Below are positions 21,782-34,181 of a stretch of 64,000 bases of DNA, piece by piece. The notes under the pieces were generated by a model that saw only the letters and a list, made by a program, of their open reading frames with translations, did no database searches and was not told the DNA's origin. This stretch comes from Histomonas meleagridis 2922-C6/04-290x. Its lineage: Eukaryota; Protista; Parabasalia. The position numbers and the translations under genes were made by a program. The stretch is from assembly GCA_020184695.1 (NCBI GenBank), contig JAANOX010000258.1, positions 310,001-374,000 on the forward strand, read 5' to 3'. The first letter of the stretch is position 1, and the number at the start of each line of letters is the position of its first letter.

Positions 21782-22618
21782 ATGTCTTCTTGCCAACACT
21801 CCAACGAACCTTCAACCATTACTATTAGAAATATTCCAGTTGATGAATTAGGTTATTCTCTAGTCACTGAATCCATGCTTGTCAATCTCTTCAAATCAGT
21901 AGGAACAATTGTTGAAGACGGTATTCGTATATACAATTCAAGTCCTTCTTATGCGTTTGTTACCTTTTCCAATTATGAAATGGCCGATCTTGCAGTTCAT
22001 AATTTCAATTATTCTACAATTGCAGGCCACACACTTTATATCTCACATTATAGCGCTGAAACGCGTGATTCAATTTCCAGTAGCGATAATAATATTTTCA
22101 TCGAAGGGATTGATAATTCGTTTACTGAGCGCAAATTGCATTTATTTATATCGCGTCTTCTTAATTGCGAAGTTATTTCATGTAAAATTTCCATGAGAAT
22201 TGGCCCCGATAACAAACCGATCAATAGTGGCTATGGATACGTTCGATTTTTACATTCCGAAGATGCCAAAAACGCGATTTTGAAACTGAATGGCTGCAAA
22301 ATTAATGGAAACGAAATCAAAGCCAAATTGCATGACACAGAATTCACAAATTTATACATCAAAAACTTACCAAAATCCATAAAAACAGATGAAGATTTAC
22401 GTAAATTATTTTCCAAATTTGGAACTGTTGCTTCGCCGAAAATTAAGAAAAACGGATTCGGATTCTGTAACATGGCCGACCACGAAAGCGCTGTCGCAGC
22501 AATAAATGGACTTCACGGGAAGCGCGTTGACGGGCATGTGCTCTATGTGCAGAAATACGTGAGTCAGAAAGGAAGAATGGTTCAACGAGATAATGCACTT
22601 CGAAGAAAGAAATTTTAA
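21782..22618 (+). CDS. RRM-domain RNA-binding protein (PABP-like, 3 RRMs)
   Basis: RNP1 motifs SYAFVTF, GYGYVRF and GFGFCNM. RNP2 motifs NIFIEGI and NLYIKNL. Confidence 0.85.
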   Translation: MSSCQHSNEPSTITIRNIPVDELGYSLVTESMLVNLFKSVGTIVEDGIRIYNSSPSYAFVTFSNYEMADLAVHNFNYSTIAGHTLYISHYSAETRDSISSSDNNIFIEGIDNSFTERKLHLFISRLLNCEVISCKISMRIGPDNKPINSGYGYVRFLHSEDAKNAILKLNGCKINGNEIKAKLHDTEFTNLYIKNLPKSIKTDEDLRKLFSKFGTVASPKIKKNGFGFCNMADHESAVAAINGLHGKRVDGHVLYVQKYVSQKGRMVQRDNALRRKKF

Positions 22619-23347
22619 AATTTGTTTCGTAAAAGAAATTGAATTATTTTTGTTTTTGTAAATTGTGAAATATTTAAAATTCTTTGATTCCAAAATACCA
22701 TTTTGTGCATTAAGTCATTTAAATTGTTTTTTTATGTCATCTTTCTATTTTAATACGATATTTCCCAGTTAAATCGAGACATAATTTAAGGCGTTTTGTT
22801 CATGATGACTCATTTGTATATAGATAAATTATTATAAACTTGTAATAAGACAAGTATCCCAGAAGAATAAAAGTACGTAAAATTGTTTCTTAGAATTTAA
22901 AGATGCAAAATGAGAAAAATGATTAATTTCATCTAAAAGATATTTTTCTTTTAATAAATCTGTATAATTCGAGAATTAACATATTTCTAAAAAACTTATT
23001 ATATTTATTTGATCTTAAATCTCTGAGTTAAGTGATGTTGTTTGAATTTCATCAAAATCCAGAATATTATTTAGAGTTAAACAACATAACATCAATCATA
23101 TACAAATATAATATTCTTAATGTCTATTTCTAATATTATTCTGTCCAGTATAGCTACGGCGAAATTTGCGAAACGAGTTGAATACACATTTTAATAATTA
23201 AGCATTTTGAAAGAAAATCCATATATAAAAGAAAACTAAAAAAGTACCACATTTTCCTTTAAATATAAAATGACTCATTTTGCTATTAGCATATAATAAA
23301 TAATTTCACTAAACACACACAAAAATCCTTTATAAAACAACACAAAA

Positions 23348-25755
23348 TTAATTACTCTGTGGCAAGAACGAGTCATCTCTTGATCTCACTGCGAAAGTTG
23401 CTCTTCTTTTTCTTCTATATTTCTCTATTTCCTTATGTATATCTAAAGGTATTTTTTCAGGTGTTTCTGAACTTTTTGTTCTTTTCAAAGCGTCGTTATT
23501 AGCGTTTTGTAACATTTTTATTGAAACAGATGGAAACGCGTTCATTTGGTCCAACATATTCGATTCATAATTTGGAGATATCACAGTCATTGATCTTGCT
23601 CTAACTTGAGTGCAACCTTTTTTAGACATTGTAATATCGGACAAAATATCTTCATCTATTTCTTCATTATTATTTAACATTTTATATCTATCTATGAAAT
23701 AAGTTGTATCTTCATTCGATTTCAAATTAGGTACAAATGGCGGAATTAAATTGTTTTCATTTGTGTCCGCTAAAAATGGATGTTTAAATATATCATTTGT
23801 ATCTTTAGTTCCAAGACGATTTTCGGGATTTAAAATTAATAATTTCTTAACGAAATCTTTCGCGGCATCAGATATTTGTACATAGTTCGGATATATATAT
23901 TTACCTGAAAGTATATTCGTAAATACTTTCGTTTCATTATCATCATGAAAAGGTGGTACGCCAACAAGTAATTCATACGTAACTATGCCTAATGACCACC
24001 AATCAGATGAAAACGAATATCGTTGGTTCTTGACGATTTCAGGAGCAATATAATCAGGTGTACCAACAACAGTATTATTTAGATTTTCAGTGGAATTATC
24101 ATTTTCTTTATTCATTTGGCGGCCATAAAATCCAACATTCGATAATCCGAAATCAGTAAGTTTTAATGATCCATCTTTAGAAACAAGAATATTCTCGGGC
24201 TTAATGTCACGATGAATTATACCACATGAATGAAGAAATGTGATGGCTTTCGCTATTTGATATACATATACTTTAACATTAGATTCACTAAGTGATCCAA
24301 CATTCTCAAGTAACGAAAATAAATCCCCACCAGGAAGATATTCAGTTACAAGATATAACATTTTAGTTCCAACAATTGAATAGTCTATGTGTTAATGCCA
24401 AAAAAAAATTCTTGCTGAAAATTTACGATACACTCAAAAATTCAATTGACCGTACGATAGAAAATTCAATAAAAGATGTGCGGTTATGCTCTGAATAAAC
24501 AGAACATTCATCTCTGAAATTTGAATTAAAATTTATCGTTCAAACAAACGAACTTTTTTGAAATGACGTAATTTTCTTGCAAGAATCATAAAAACATACA
24601 GAAATTTACAATGTATGGATTGTTGTTATACTGAAGAAGAATGTCACGTTCAACAAGAACGCGTTTGACTTGATTCTTAAGAATGATATCATTCTTAGGA
24701 AGAACTTTAATGGCATAAACGTCGTTTGTGACTTTCTTACGAGCCAAATAAACACGAGCATTTGCGCCAGATGATATTTTTTTGATAAAAATGAAATCAG
24801 ATATTTTGACTTGATGCTGAGTTTCGACATTTTTATCATAAGAAACTGTTGTCCGATGAAGGTATTCTTGCGCTTCTTGCAATGATATGATTGATTGACG
24901 TTTTTTCATGAATAATGATTTTGCCTGAATTAAATATGACTCATTACGAAGTTCTGGAATTTCAAGTAGAAGAGATGACACAATGTTAATAGATCTTTCT
25001 ATTTCGCCTAAAGTGTTTGGTTCATTTGATTTAGCATGAAATACCATTTCAATAAGAAGAGAGGCACGAAGCATAGGAATAAGAGTAACAACATCGTCAG
25101 GATCACCAGGCCACTCAGAGTTGAGAACATTTTCGCAAATTTGGTTCTGTAATGAGATTAACTTATTATGAATACTATTGATTTTGGATTCATTTTCACA
25201 TGCAATACCACAATACTTGTTGTGCTCTTGAAATAACTCAACAGGAACTTGATGATCGCAAATCCGACATATGACATATTCATTAGAAGTAAATTGTATT
25301 TTCTTGGTTTTCTGTTGGATTTTATTGGATGGCAATACAGGGTTCTTCCAGTCAAGTTGAAGAGATGCTAGAAGTTTTGTAAGACCGGATATTCCATGGA
25401 TTATCTTTGTGGAGAGATCTCTTAAGTTATTTGATAGTAATGTATCTTGTTGGAACTGCTTCAAAATTTCAATAGCAGAATTTGATATAATGAATAATTC
25501 TCCATATGAACAATCAATGATATTTTTCATTAAGTCTTCAATCTGTAAATAAATTGGTAGATCTTTGTCAGTGTATTTACTTCTACAACTTTCAAAGTAC
25601 ATATGATATAGATTGTGCAATATTGTATGAAAACCTTTAAGATTTAAATAAAAACTTTGATAAGTGTAAGTTGTTTGACATAATGGTGTCTCGGATCGCT
25701 TGTCATTTGGATGGTGGATTTTTGTAACAACCCGAGGAGTGAAAACATTTTCCAT
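23348..25755 (-). CDS. AGC-family Ser/Thr kinase (RIM15/Greatwall/IRE-like), two exons: 25755-24600 and 24384-23348, about 730 aa
   Basis: Exon 1 has a C2H2-like motif (CRICDH...HNKYC), [10 protein letters not shown] and YAIK. Exon 2 has [20 protein letters not shown] and PPFVP. Splicing gives the in-frame junction [18 protein letters not shown]. Confidence 0.9.
24385..24599 (-). other. Spliceosomal intron, 215 nt, trichomonad long type
   Basis: Starts GTATGT and ends ATTAACACATAG (compare the T. vaginalis consensus ACTAACACACAG). Removing it restores the kinase frame. Confidence 0.9.
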
Positions 25756-26269
25756 ATTCGGCAGATTTTTTTCTGGCTTTTCTTGTGTAAAATAATTTTA
25801 TTGAAATTACGTTCAGGTGAAATGAATTCAATTGGAAAAATTAATTTGTGAGAAATTATAATTTTATTGAATCGTTTCTCAAAAGTATTTATTTCTTTGC
25901 CTGTCGTCATAAAAAATGATGGTCCTTTATAGAAAAAAAAGAATACATGGAAAAATTATGAAACCATATCACAGAGTTATATATTTAATTTTTAACTTAT
26001 TAAAACTCAAGATTAATCTTGGAAAAATTTATCCAATTGGTTTATTAATAATGTTGCCTGAAATATTTTATCGTCGTTATTAAAAAGTTATATATTAAAT
26101 AGTTTACACATTATTTATGAATGGTGAAGATCACTTCATCAGAATAATTTTTATAGGATTTGAATACTTTATAATGTGCGAAATATCACAACCATTTTAT
26201 CACTGGACAAAATCATTTCGGATAATTTTATTTTGTAACATTAAAATTCTGTGTAAGTATTGCTTTTGA

Positions 26270-27003
26270 ATCATTCTTGATCAAGTAATTCTATAATTTT
26301 AGTGTAACCATTAACATTTACAATATAATAGAAATAAAACCAAAATGAAAAAATTTTTAGCACCAATATCAATTCCTTCTTTTAGAAAAGTTATTTAACT
26401 ATTTTTGTATAGAATGAGTGCTGTATTAAATGTTGCATTATTATTTGAGAATTCTCAAATAGTAATTTGATATCAAAATATTTTTGTAAATATTATCTTT
26501 AGCATTAACATCAATTTCTTTTTGTTCTAAAACATATTTAACAAGATGTATATTTTCCGATTTTATTGAATAAATCAAAATATTTTTCTTGGAAAAAATA
26601 TTTAATAAGAAATATATTTCCAATTTCTGCAGCTTCGTTAATAATATCATCATTGATTTCCATTTTTTCTTCAATCAAAAATAACAAAATTTCATAATTA
26701 CAATACAGAATACATTTTCCTCCAAATTCTTCTAAATTATTAATATTTTTTATTTGTTATCATAAATATATATAAAGATATCATTTCGATGAAATTCAAT
26801 TGCTGTTTCATATGCACCTTCAAATGATGAATGATTCTGTTCACATAAATGAATAATTTCAATGTTTCTAATTCGAGAGCTCAATAAAATCATTTTCAAT
26901 CATTTTCTCGGAAAAATAATAAGATTCATGAGTGTTTCTTAAGATCTATTAAATCAACAAAAACATCCAATGTTGTTGGTTGGGCATTCTTTTCAATTTT
27001 CAT
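26270..27003 (-). pseudogene. Internally deleted DUF3447-ankyrin paralog of locus A
   Basis: Near-identical to locus A over [16 protein letters not shown]...EEFGGKCILYCNYEILLFLIEE...EAAEIG, but the domain core is missing and frames are broken. It carries a decayed 70-nt spacer (26425-26494) before TAL. Confidence 0.7.
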
Positions 27004-27064
27004 AAAAAAACTCAAGTGTATGTTAATATCTTTCTTTTGTACGTTCAAAATTCTAATAAAAAAA

Positions 27065-27138
27065 TGCACCCACTGGGATTCGAACCCAGGACCTTCGCGT
27101 CATAAGCACGATACTCTAACCGACTAAGCTATGGGAGC
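27065..27138 (-). tRNA. tRNA-Ile (anticodon TAT), intronless
   Basis: Cloverleaf: acceptor GCTCCCA/TGGGTGC (one T-T mismatch), D-arm GCTTAGTCGGTTAGAGT, anticodon arm TCGTG-CTTATGA-CGCGA, T-arm CTGGG-TTCGAAT-CCCAG. A T-run follows (Pol III terminator). Confidence 0.9.
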
Positions 27139-27717
27139 TCTCGAAATCTCTTTCTAGAAATAAAATTGAATGATATTTTGGTAAAAAGAAAATTATAATT
27201 CTTAATTTGTTTAGACCTGATTTGAAATTAAAAATCAGAAAACAAAAAACTTCAAGTTTTCCAAACAAACTTGAAATTGAGGTGATATACTATTCAAATA
27301 TAATTTCCCAGCACCTATATGTGCATTATCTCTTAAATGTTACGCATTCCTTACATCATGGCTAATAAACTTTTTTCGTTCCATTATTCAACGAAAATAT
27401 AATTTTTGCATATTAAAATATTAAATATTCATTTTCGAAAATTATGTCAAAGGAAATTTTTTTTATATATTATTTCAATTATATGGGCGGATGCTTCCTG
27501 CTAATCCAAAAAACAAATCAAGTATAAAATGCTAAGTAAATTAGAAAGGTTTTGTGTATAAAGAATCTAAAACTAAGGACATAATTATTTCATAAATGAA
27601 AGTATTTTGATATATGATATCGTTTTTATCCCAAATTTTTTTCTCTTTGAAAATGTGTAATAAATTTAACCACAAAATTAATACATACACGCAATCGGAC
27701 ACCATTTTATTATAAGC

Positions 27718-29898
27718 ATGAGAAGCAAAAGCAGTGAATTCCAACTGAAAAAGAAAACCTTCACACCAAAGCTTAAAGAAAAATTTAACAAGTCCAAACA
27801 CAAAACGATTCAAGAATTAATCAACACAATTCCAGCTTATACCTTACTAAAAATACCCAGTGGATCATATCAAGAAGATATTGTCATTAATAAACCAATA
27901 CATATAAAAGGCGATGGTAATGTTATATTTAAAAGCACAGGAGATAATAATGCATTTACAATAAACTCAGAGCATGCAATTCTTGAAAATATTATAATTC
28001 AACAAGGAAATACAAAATTTGGTGGAGGCATTAATCTTGTTGGTGGATATTTAGTTATTAATCATTGTAAAGTTTCAAGTGAATGTATTTCAGCAATTGT
28101 CATTGCAAATGATGCACATATTGACATTGTAAATTCAATTGTTTCTAAATCAGAAAATCCTTCTTTAATGATATCAAATGATGCAACAGCAAGTTTATAT
28201 AATTCCGAGTTTTCTGATTCTAAAACAAGTGGTATAAGTCTTTATAATAAATCAGAATGTAAAATTACTAATTGTAAAATCCATGGGAATGAAATTAGCG
28301 GGATTTTTGTTGAAAATAATTCTTCATTAATAGTTGAAAAAAGTGAAATAATGAATAATAATCATTATGGAATAACAATTTATTCGATAAATCAAATAAA
28401 AATTAACAATTGTAATATTCATGATAATAAAGAAATAGGCATAATTGTCAAAGGAAAATCAACAACAACTTTAACAAACTCAATTTTAAGAAATAATTCA
28501 TTAAAATCTGTGTTTTTGAAAGAAGAAGCCAACTTTTTTTCAAAAAATAATAAATATATTGATTCATTAGAAAACTGTATGATTCATTCGATGGAGAAAA
28601 GCATTTGTAATATGAATCAAGATACTATTGAAGGAAAATGTATATTTGGATTAGCAGCATCGGAAAATGGAGTTATTGAATGCAATGATGTATCTATTGT
28701 TAATATTGTAGGATCTGGAATAACATGTTTTAAAAACGGAATTCTAAAACTAAACAATACAAAACTTAAAAACATAGAAAAACTTGGAATTCAAGTAAAT
28801 GAAGGGACAATCGAAGCGAATAATATCCAAGTATGTTTTACTAAGCAAACAGGCATTATTATTGCAAATTCCAGTTCTGAAGGATTTATTAAAAATTCAG
28901 GTTTTCTTAATAGTAATGAATGTGGAATGGAATGTACAAATGTACAAAATTTCTTGATTGAAAATTGTGATTTTAATGAGAATCAGACACGCGGAGCAGT
29001 CTTTATTGAAGGATCAGATGTAACATTAGTTCAATGTAATTTCATGGAAAATAAATATGGAGTACAAATCCAAGATCAAAGTAAAAACCAATTTATAAAA
29101 TGTAAGTTAAACACAAATAGTTTTGTCGGTGCTGATATTTTAGATAATTCACAACCAAAATTTACTGAATGTACATTCATTAATAATGGAGAAGCAGGTT
29201 TATCATCAGAAGGTGGAAATCCGATATTAGAAAAATGTGAATTTTCAGGAAATAAAATAGCAGCGTTAATATTTGATGAAGGAAGTCAATCGACATTAAC
29301 TGAATGTAATATTCATGATGGTGGAAACATTGGTATTCAAGCACGCTCAAAAAATACTAAAATCGATATAATCGGAAGTAAAATTTTGGATCATACAAAA
29401 TCATTATCTATTATGTGTTTAGAAGAAGCAACAATAAATTGTATTGGATGTGAATTTAATAACTCACTTAAATCTCATTGTGAATCAAGAGATAATGGTA
29501 AGATTTTATTAAATGAATGTATTTTGGGTAAAACACTTCTTGGAATTTGCGTCCAAGTGCACCACGGTGGTGAATTATTTATGGAAAATTCATCTATTTC
29601 AGATCAAGGTAAAGTTGGTATATTTGTCTTTGACGGTGGACATGTTAATGCAAAGTTATCAAAGATATCAAAATGTGGTGGATTAGGCGTGTTTTGTCAT
29701 GTTGGTTCTGATTCTGTTTTCGAAAATTGTGAGTTCTTTGATAATGAACAAGCAGCAATTCAAGTAATGGGGAATGTGCAACTTAGGAATTGTATTATAA
29801 AAAATAATCAAAGAGGAATTATCATTGGCGAAAATGGGAAATTAGAAGAAACAAAAACAATTTTTGAAAATAATAATCAAGACACTTGCCGCCAATAA
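27718..29898 (+). CDS. Right-handed parallel beta-helix (PbH1/pectin-lyase-like) repeat protein
   Basis: About 23-aa periodic I.NC.I..N...GI repeats. N-terminal IQELINT...IPSGSYQEDIVINKPIHIKG is typical of beta-helix starts. Confidence 0.85.
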   Translation: MRSKSSEFQLKKKTFTPKLKEKFNKSKHKTIQELINTIPAYTLLKIPSGSYQEDIVINKPIHIKGDGNVIFKSTGDNNAFTINSEHAILENIIIQQGNTKFGGGINLVGGYLVINHCKVSSECISAIVIANDAHIDIVNSIVSKSENPSLMISNDATASLYNSEFSDSKTSGISLYNKSECKITNCKIHGNEISGIFVENNSSLIVEKSEIMNNNHYGITIYSINQIKINNCNIHDNKEIGIIVKGKSTTTLTNSILRNNSLKSVFLKEEANFFSKNNKYIDSLENCMIHSMEKSICNMNQDTIEGKCIFGLAASENGVIECNDVSIVNIVGSGITCFKNGILKLNNTKLKNIEKLGIQVNEGTIEANNIQVCFTKQTGIIIANSSSEGFIKNSGFLNSNECGMECTNVQNFLIENCDFNENQTRGAVFIEGSDVTLVQCNFMENKYGVQIQDQSKNQFIKCKLNTNSFVGADILDNSQPKFTECTFINNGEAGLSSEGGNPILEKCEFSGNKIAALIFDEGSQSTLTECNIHDGGNIGIQARSKNTKIDIIGSKILDHTKSLSIMCLEEATINCIGCEFNNSLKSHCESRDNGKILLNECILGKTLLGICVQVHHGGELFMENSSISDQGKVGIFVFDGGHVNAKLSKISKCGGLGVFCHVGSDSVFENCEFFDNEQAAIQVMGNVQLRNCIIKNNQRGIIIGENGKLEETKTIFENNNQDTCRQ

Positions 29899-30037
29899 TT
29901 TAAATAAAGACACGGTTAATTTGTATTTTGTTGTGTTGTCAATGGAGTATTATCTTTGAATATGGTAAAATCTTCAAAATCATTCAATTCATGTTAATTT
30001 AAGTAAGCTTTGATTTTTATTTTAACATTTCATAGAT

Positions 30038-30472
30038 TTGATACTTATTTTTGTAAATTTCTTAATTATTTACCAATTTCTGGCGAGAATGTGCATACCA
30101 TCTGACATTTTATTTTTTATTGAAATTTCTTTGTCAAAAAAAATTATCAATAAAATGAAAGAAGGTGCACAACAACAAAATGATAATCCTAAACTATCCT
30201 TCAAAAACTGGGGGGCACTTAGATACATCATATCTGTTTTGTTGGTATCACTGATCGCATTTTTTTTATTATCTTCAATTTCTTCTGCTTCTGATGGAGA
30301 ATCATTTTCATTTCCAAGTTTTTTCAAAGAAATGATTATTAGATTTGGTCATGTTTCCGAAAATATTCCTTATCTTTCTGACAATTTTTCATCAATAGAA
30401 ATTTTTAATTTTCTCATATTTCTTAGTGGTACTTTTGCTGTTGTTTGCATGCTTACTTGTTTTTGTCCTTAA
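30038..30472 (+). CDS. Small two-TM membrane protein (real start probably the internal MKEGAQQQ)
   Basis: Two hydrophobic segments: IISVLLVSLIAFFLL and IFNFLIFLSGTFAVVCMLTCF. Confidence 0.45.
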   Translation: MILIFVNFLIIYQFLARMCIPSDILFFIEISLSKKIINKMKEGAQQQNDNPKLSFKNWGALRYIISVLLVSLIAFFLLSSISSASDGESFSFPSFFKEMIIRFGHVSENIPYLSDNFSSIEIFNFLIFLSGTFAVVCMLTCFCP

Positions 30473-30799
30473 GATCAAAAGAATTACTATCACTTTTTAA
30501 ACACAAATTTTCAGAAATTTTGCTCAAAATATTTAAAATTTCACATACCATCATGAATATTCATGTATTACATGTTTTATTCAAAAAAATTAAAACATAT
30601 TCTTTGTAATAAATGTTAAATATTAAATAGATTTTATTTTTTTATATCTTTTGGAAGCCATTTTTCAATATTCGAAGCTTTGGACATAAGACCTAATTTT
30701 TTGAAGACGATGAGTGTAACATTGTTTTATATCCAAAAGAATTTCTCAAACTCTTCCATCTCTTTAAGTTATACTGTATAATTTATTTAACCTTCAAAC

Positions 30800-31300
30800 A
30801 TTTGTGTGGAAAGCACGCATTTTTGAGAGAATAAAATTATATCAAAAAATGAAACTTTTTGATAGAAACATTTGATTGTGTTTAATAAAAATATTAAAAT
30901 ATTTAAATTTATGCAATATTTCGGCAAATATTTAAACATTTGCATTTTATTTTCAAATTTTTTAATCATTCATTTTAAAATAAATTTCAAATAAAAGAAA
31001 TACATATTTTTAGAATTAATATCAATTCCTTCTTGTGCATGAAGTAATTTGACAATTTCAGTATGTCCTCTTGATGATGAAAACAGAAGTGCTGTATTAA
31101 AAATTATATACTTCTTCAATTGATAAAATATTTTTTCACATAATTATGTAATTTCTAGATTTCCACCTGCAATTGTATACTTTATTGTGCTATTGATTGT
31201 CTAACTATTCATAAGTAAAAATCGAAAACATTTAATTGCTCCAAAAAACTTCATTGCAGATTTAGAAGATGTTTCAATATTATCCTCTTTTAACTCAAAT
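30800..31300 (-). pseudogene. Highly decayed DUF3447-ankyrin remnant
   Basis: Recognisable fragments GGNLEII and [30 protein letters not shown], followed by an AT-rich spacer-like tract. Confidence 0.5.
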
Positions 31301-31991
31301 ATAATTTTTTCTAATGATTGTTATGGAGCTGAATTGGCAATTGAAGGATTTGGGGTTCTTCTTGTTAAATTTTCTTGTGGTGTTGTTGTTCTTTGATTCA
31401 ATGAGGGTTTTCCTTGCAACTTAATATCTTCTAATTGCTTCAAAAGTGAATTAACGTCTTTTTGGAGGGCACATTTTTACGTAAGATAAAAAAATTAATG
31501 TAAAAATTTAGGTAATATTTCTTTTTATTTCATTGTCATTTGTTGACATCTATTCTATTTAAAAGTAATATCAACACTGTTATTCCTTTGTTAAATCCTT
31601 GAGATTTGAAGGGGAAAAGAAGAACAAAGCATTAAATATAATTTATTATCCATAAAAATAAATAAAGACCTAAAAAAAAGTTATACAAACTCAAATTGAG
31701 ATATATTGATTTTGATTTTATAAGTTCAATGAACAAATAACGCTTCGTCTTTTGACCTGAATTTTAAAGTGCCAGTAACAAAATTTTTAATTAATCGGAA
31801 ATGAAATTTATAAATTAAAGCCGTTTACTAAATACTTTACAAATTATAACATTTATTTCTTTATTGCTCCTATCAAATTTGCGAAATAATCAATCGATTG
31901 ATTCGTCATCCAAAAAATCGGAGTCTGAATCCGACGATTGCGAACTTGAGATTTCTTTTGGCATTTTCTTAATTTCCGGTTTCGGTAACTT

Positions 31992-33218
31992 TTAGCAATC
32001 CGAACTTAATTCGAAATCGAAGAAATTCTTTTGTTTCTTTTCGATGTTTAAAGTTTTTGACGTTGTCAAAACGTTTTTCTTTTGACCGATTTCTTTTTTT
32101 TTTAATTCATTTTTTATTTGTATTTGTTCATTATTTTCCGGAAAAGTTTTTATCTCATTTGAATTATTATTAATATCTTTTTGTGGCATTCGAAATATAT
32201 CTGTTGAAGTCGCTTTTAATGTGTAACCTCTTCGTGATCTTTGTGTTGGGTTTTGTCTTATTGGCGTTAATGCGTTATAATTTATTAATTCTAATGCGCC
32301 CGGAATATTTTCATTTTCTTTAAAGTGTTTAATTTGTTCGATTTTTTTATTTAAATTTATAGGTTTTATTACAAAATCTTTTTTAGAAAATGTTGTCAAA
32401 AATGATAAAACTTTTTTATGTGTTAACTTTTCCTGTTTAAGTAAAATCGTTTGAAATGTTTTTGGCATTTTACATTTGATTTCGAAGTTGTTTAAATTTA
32501 ATTTTGGAATTATTAACTTAACAATTGATTTATATAACGTTTTGACCTTTTCAGATAACATTAATTGCGATTTATATATCAAATAAAAAGAAGTTAATAC
32601 AGAAGAAACATCAAAAGATGATAAAATATTATTTGAATTTGGTTTTTTGTTAGTTTTAATTAAGTTTAATAATATTTTGGTTACATTTGATGTTTGCGAA
32701 TAGTTTTGTGATATTTCCAAAACTTTAAATATATAATTATGATTTTTCCTTTGACAAAAAAGAGAAATCATAAATTTACAGATTTTTAATTCATTATATA
32801 AATAAGGAATCGATTGAAATGCTTTAATTATTAAGTTTTCATTCGTTCGATTATTTGGTTTATATTGACATAAGAATAAACAAAATGAATATGAATATAA
32901 ATATTTAATGTTTTCGATATTACTTTTACGTGATATTATATAAAACGTTTCAATTGTCCCATTTTTAGTTAATAATGTAATAAATAATCGTTGAAACAAA
33001 TTAAAATTCATTTTATCAAAAATTATTTGTACCTTTAAATATGGAAGTGGATATTCATCAATTGTAGTGATAACTCGCTCAAAAAAATTCTCTTTAAATG
33101 TCGGAAACATTTGGATATAATTCGTGAAAAATGTTCGCAATAATTTCGCACCTGAAAGTTGCGTCTCATCAAACTCAAAATAATATCGGAAAATATAAAA
33201 GACAAAAGGAATAAACAA
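31992..33218 (-). CDS. Hypothetical protein (start uncertain)
   Basis: 408-codon ORF with a non-ATG start. No motif recognised. Confidence 0.5.
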   Translation of the reverse strand: MFIPFVFYIFRYYFEFDETQLSGAKLLRTFFTNYIQMFPTFKENFFERVITTIDEYPLPYLKVQIIFDKMNFNLFQRLFITLLTKNGTIETFYIISRKSNIENIKYLYSYSFCLFLCQYKPNNRTNENLIIKAFQSIPYLYNELKICKFMISLFCQRKNHNYIFKVLEISQNYSQTSNVTKILLNLIKTNKKPNSNNILSSFDVSSVLTSFYLIYKSQLMLSEKVKTLYKSIVKLIIPKLNLNNFEIKCKMPKTFQTILLKQEKLTHKKVLSFLTTFSKKDFVIKPINLNKKIEQIKHFKENENIPGALELINYNALTPIRQNPTQRSRRGYTLKATSTDIFRMPQKDINNNSNEIKTFPENNEQIQIKNELKKKEIGQKKNVLTTSKTLNIEKKQKNFFDFELSSDC

Positions 33219-34181
33219 CGAATTTTTGATTGGCGCTTTTCCCGTGAAAAAAAGAAGTGAAATTTTGCGTATAATTTCTTAGGGAAATTGAAGTTGTTGT
33301 AATAAAAGTAACGAATTCAAAACAAGTTCGGAATTGGTATTTGTTTACGCCATTTCTATAAGATTTGGATCGCGAGAAAGAAGAATTTAATATATGGGAA
33401 CATTGTTTTGAAGATGAAAATCAATAAGAAAGGAAATAAAATGTGGTAAAATCCTTAGTGGAAGAAATAATGAACAGGTACACATGACTTTTACAAAGTG
33501 CTTCGGGTTTATTTTGAATAATTTTTGAAAATAAGGAAAAAGGTTAGAAAAGAAAATGTCAGGTAAATTTTCTGGAATTTCGTTGATTTTTATTTGGTAC
33601 CTTGCTGATGGGCCTCTAAGAACATGAAATCGTTGGATGCTGAAGTAAAAATGATATGAAATATATTGCATCTTTATCCCTTTCATTATCAAGTGATGAA
33701 ATTTTTAAATTTAAATTAGAGCCCCTTGTTGGGGGTGTTTTATCTGGTACAATATCTTGGATGACTGCTGTAAAAGTATTTTCACTTTCTGCTTTGCTTC
33801 CATCGGATGTGAATCACTTTTTCATATATTTACAAAAAAATTATAATTCGGAAAAAGTGGAAATTTCATTCACTTTACTTGCAAAATAAATCTTGCTTGA
33901 AAATTCTTATAATATATTTCTAATATTAGGAAATTCATCAAAAAGTTGAATGAACAGTACTGTCAAATACAGTACTGTATTTAAAACCCAAAATTTGTAT
34001 TACTAAATTGTTTTGCAAAGGGGGTTTCCCAAATAAAAATCACCATCAAATTTCGATCCAGATAATATATCATAACTTAATTCGAAATATATAAATTAAT
34101 TCTCAGATATGTACTGTTTATGTGAAAACAGACACAAATTAAAAATTAAATAAAATTAAACTCGAAATCATTTATATTTAT

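Noticed and set aside
33950-34035. Two copies of the palindrome ACAGTACTGT and nearby G/C runs as possible transposon ends
   Set aside because: No matching second terminus, target-site duplication or transposase ORF could be found.
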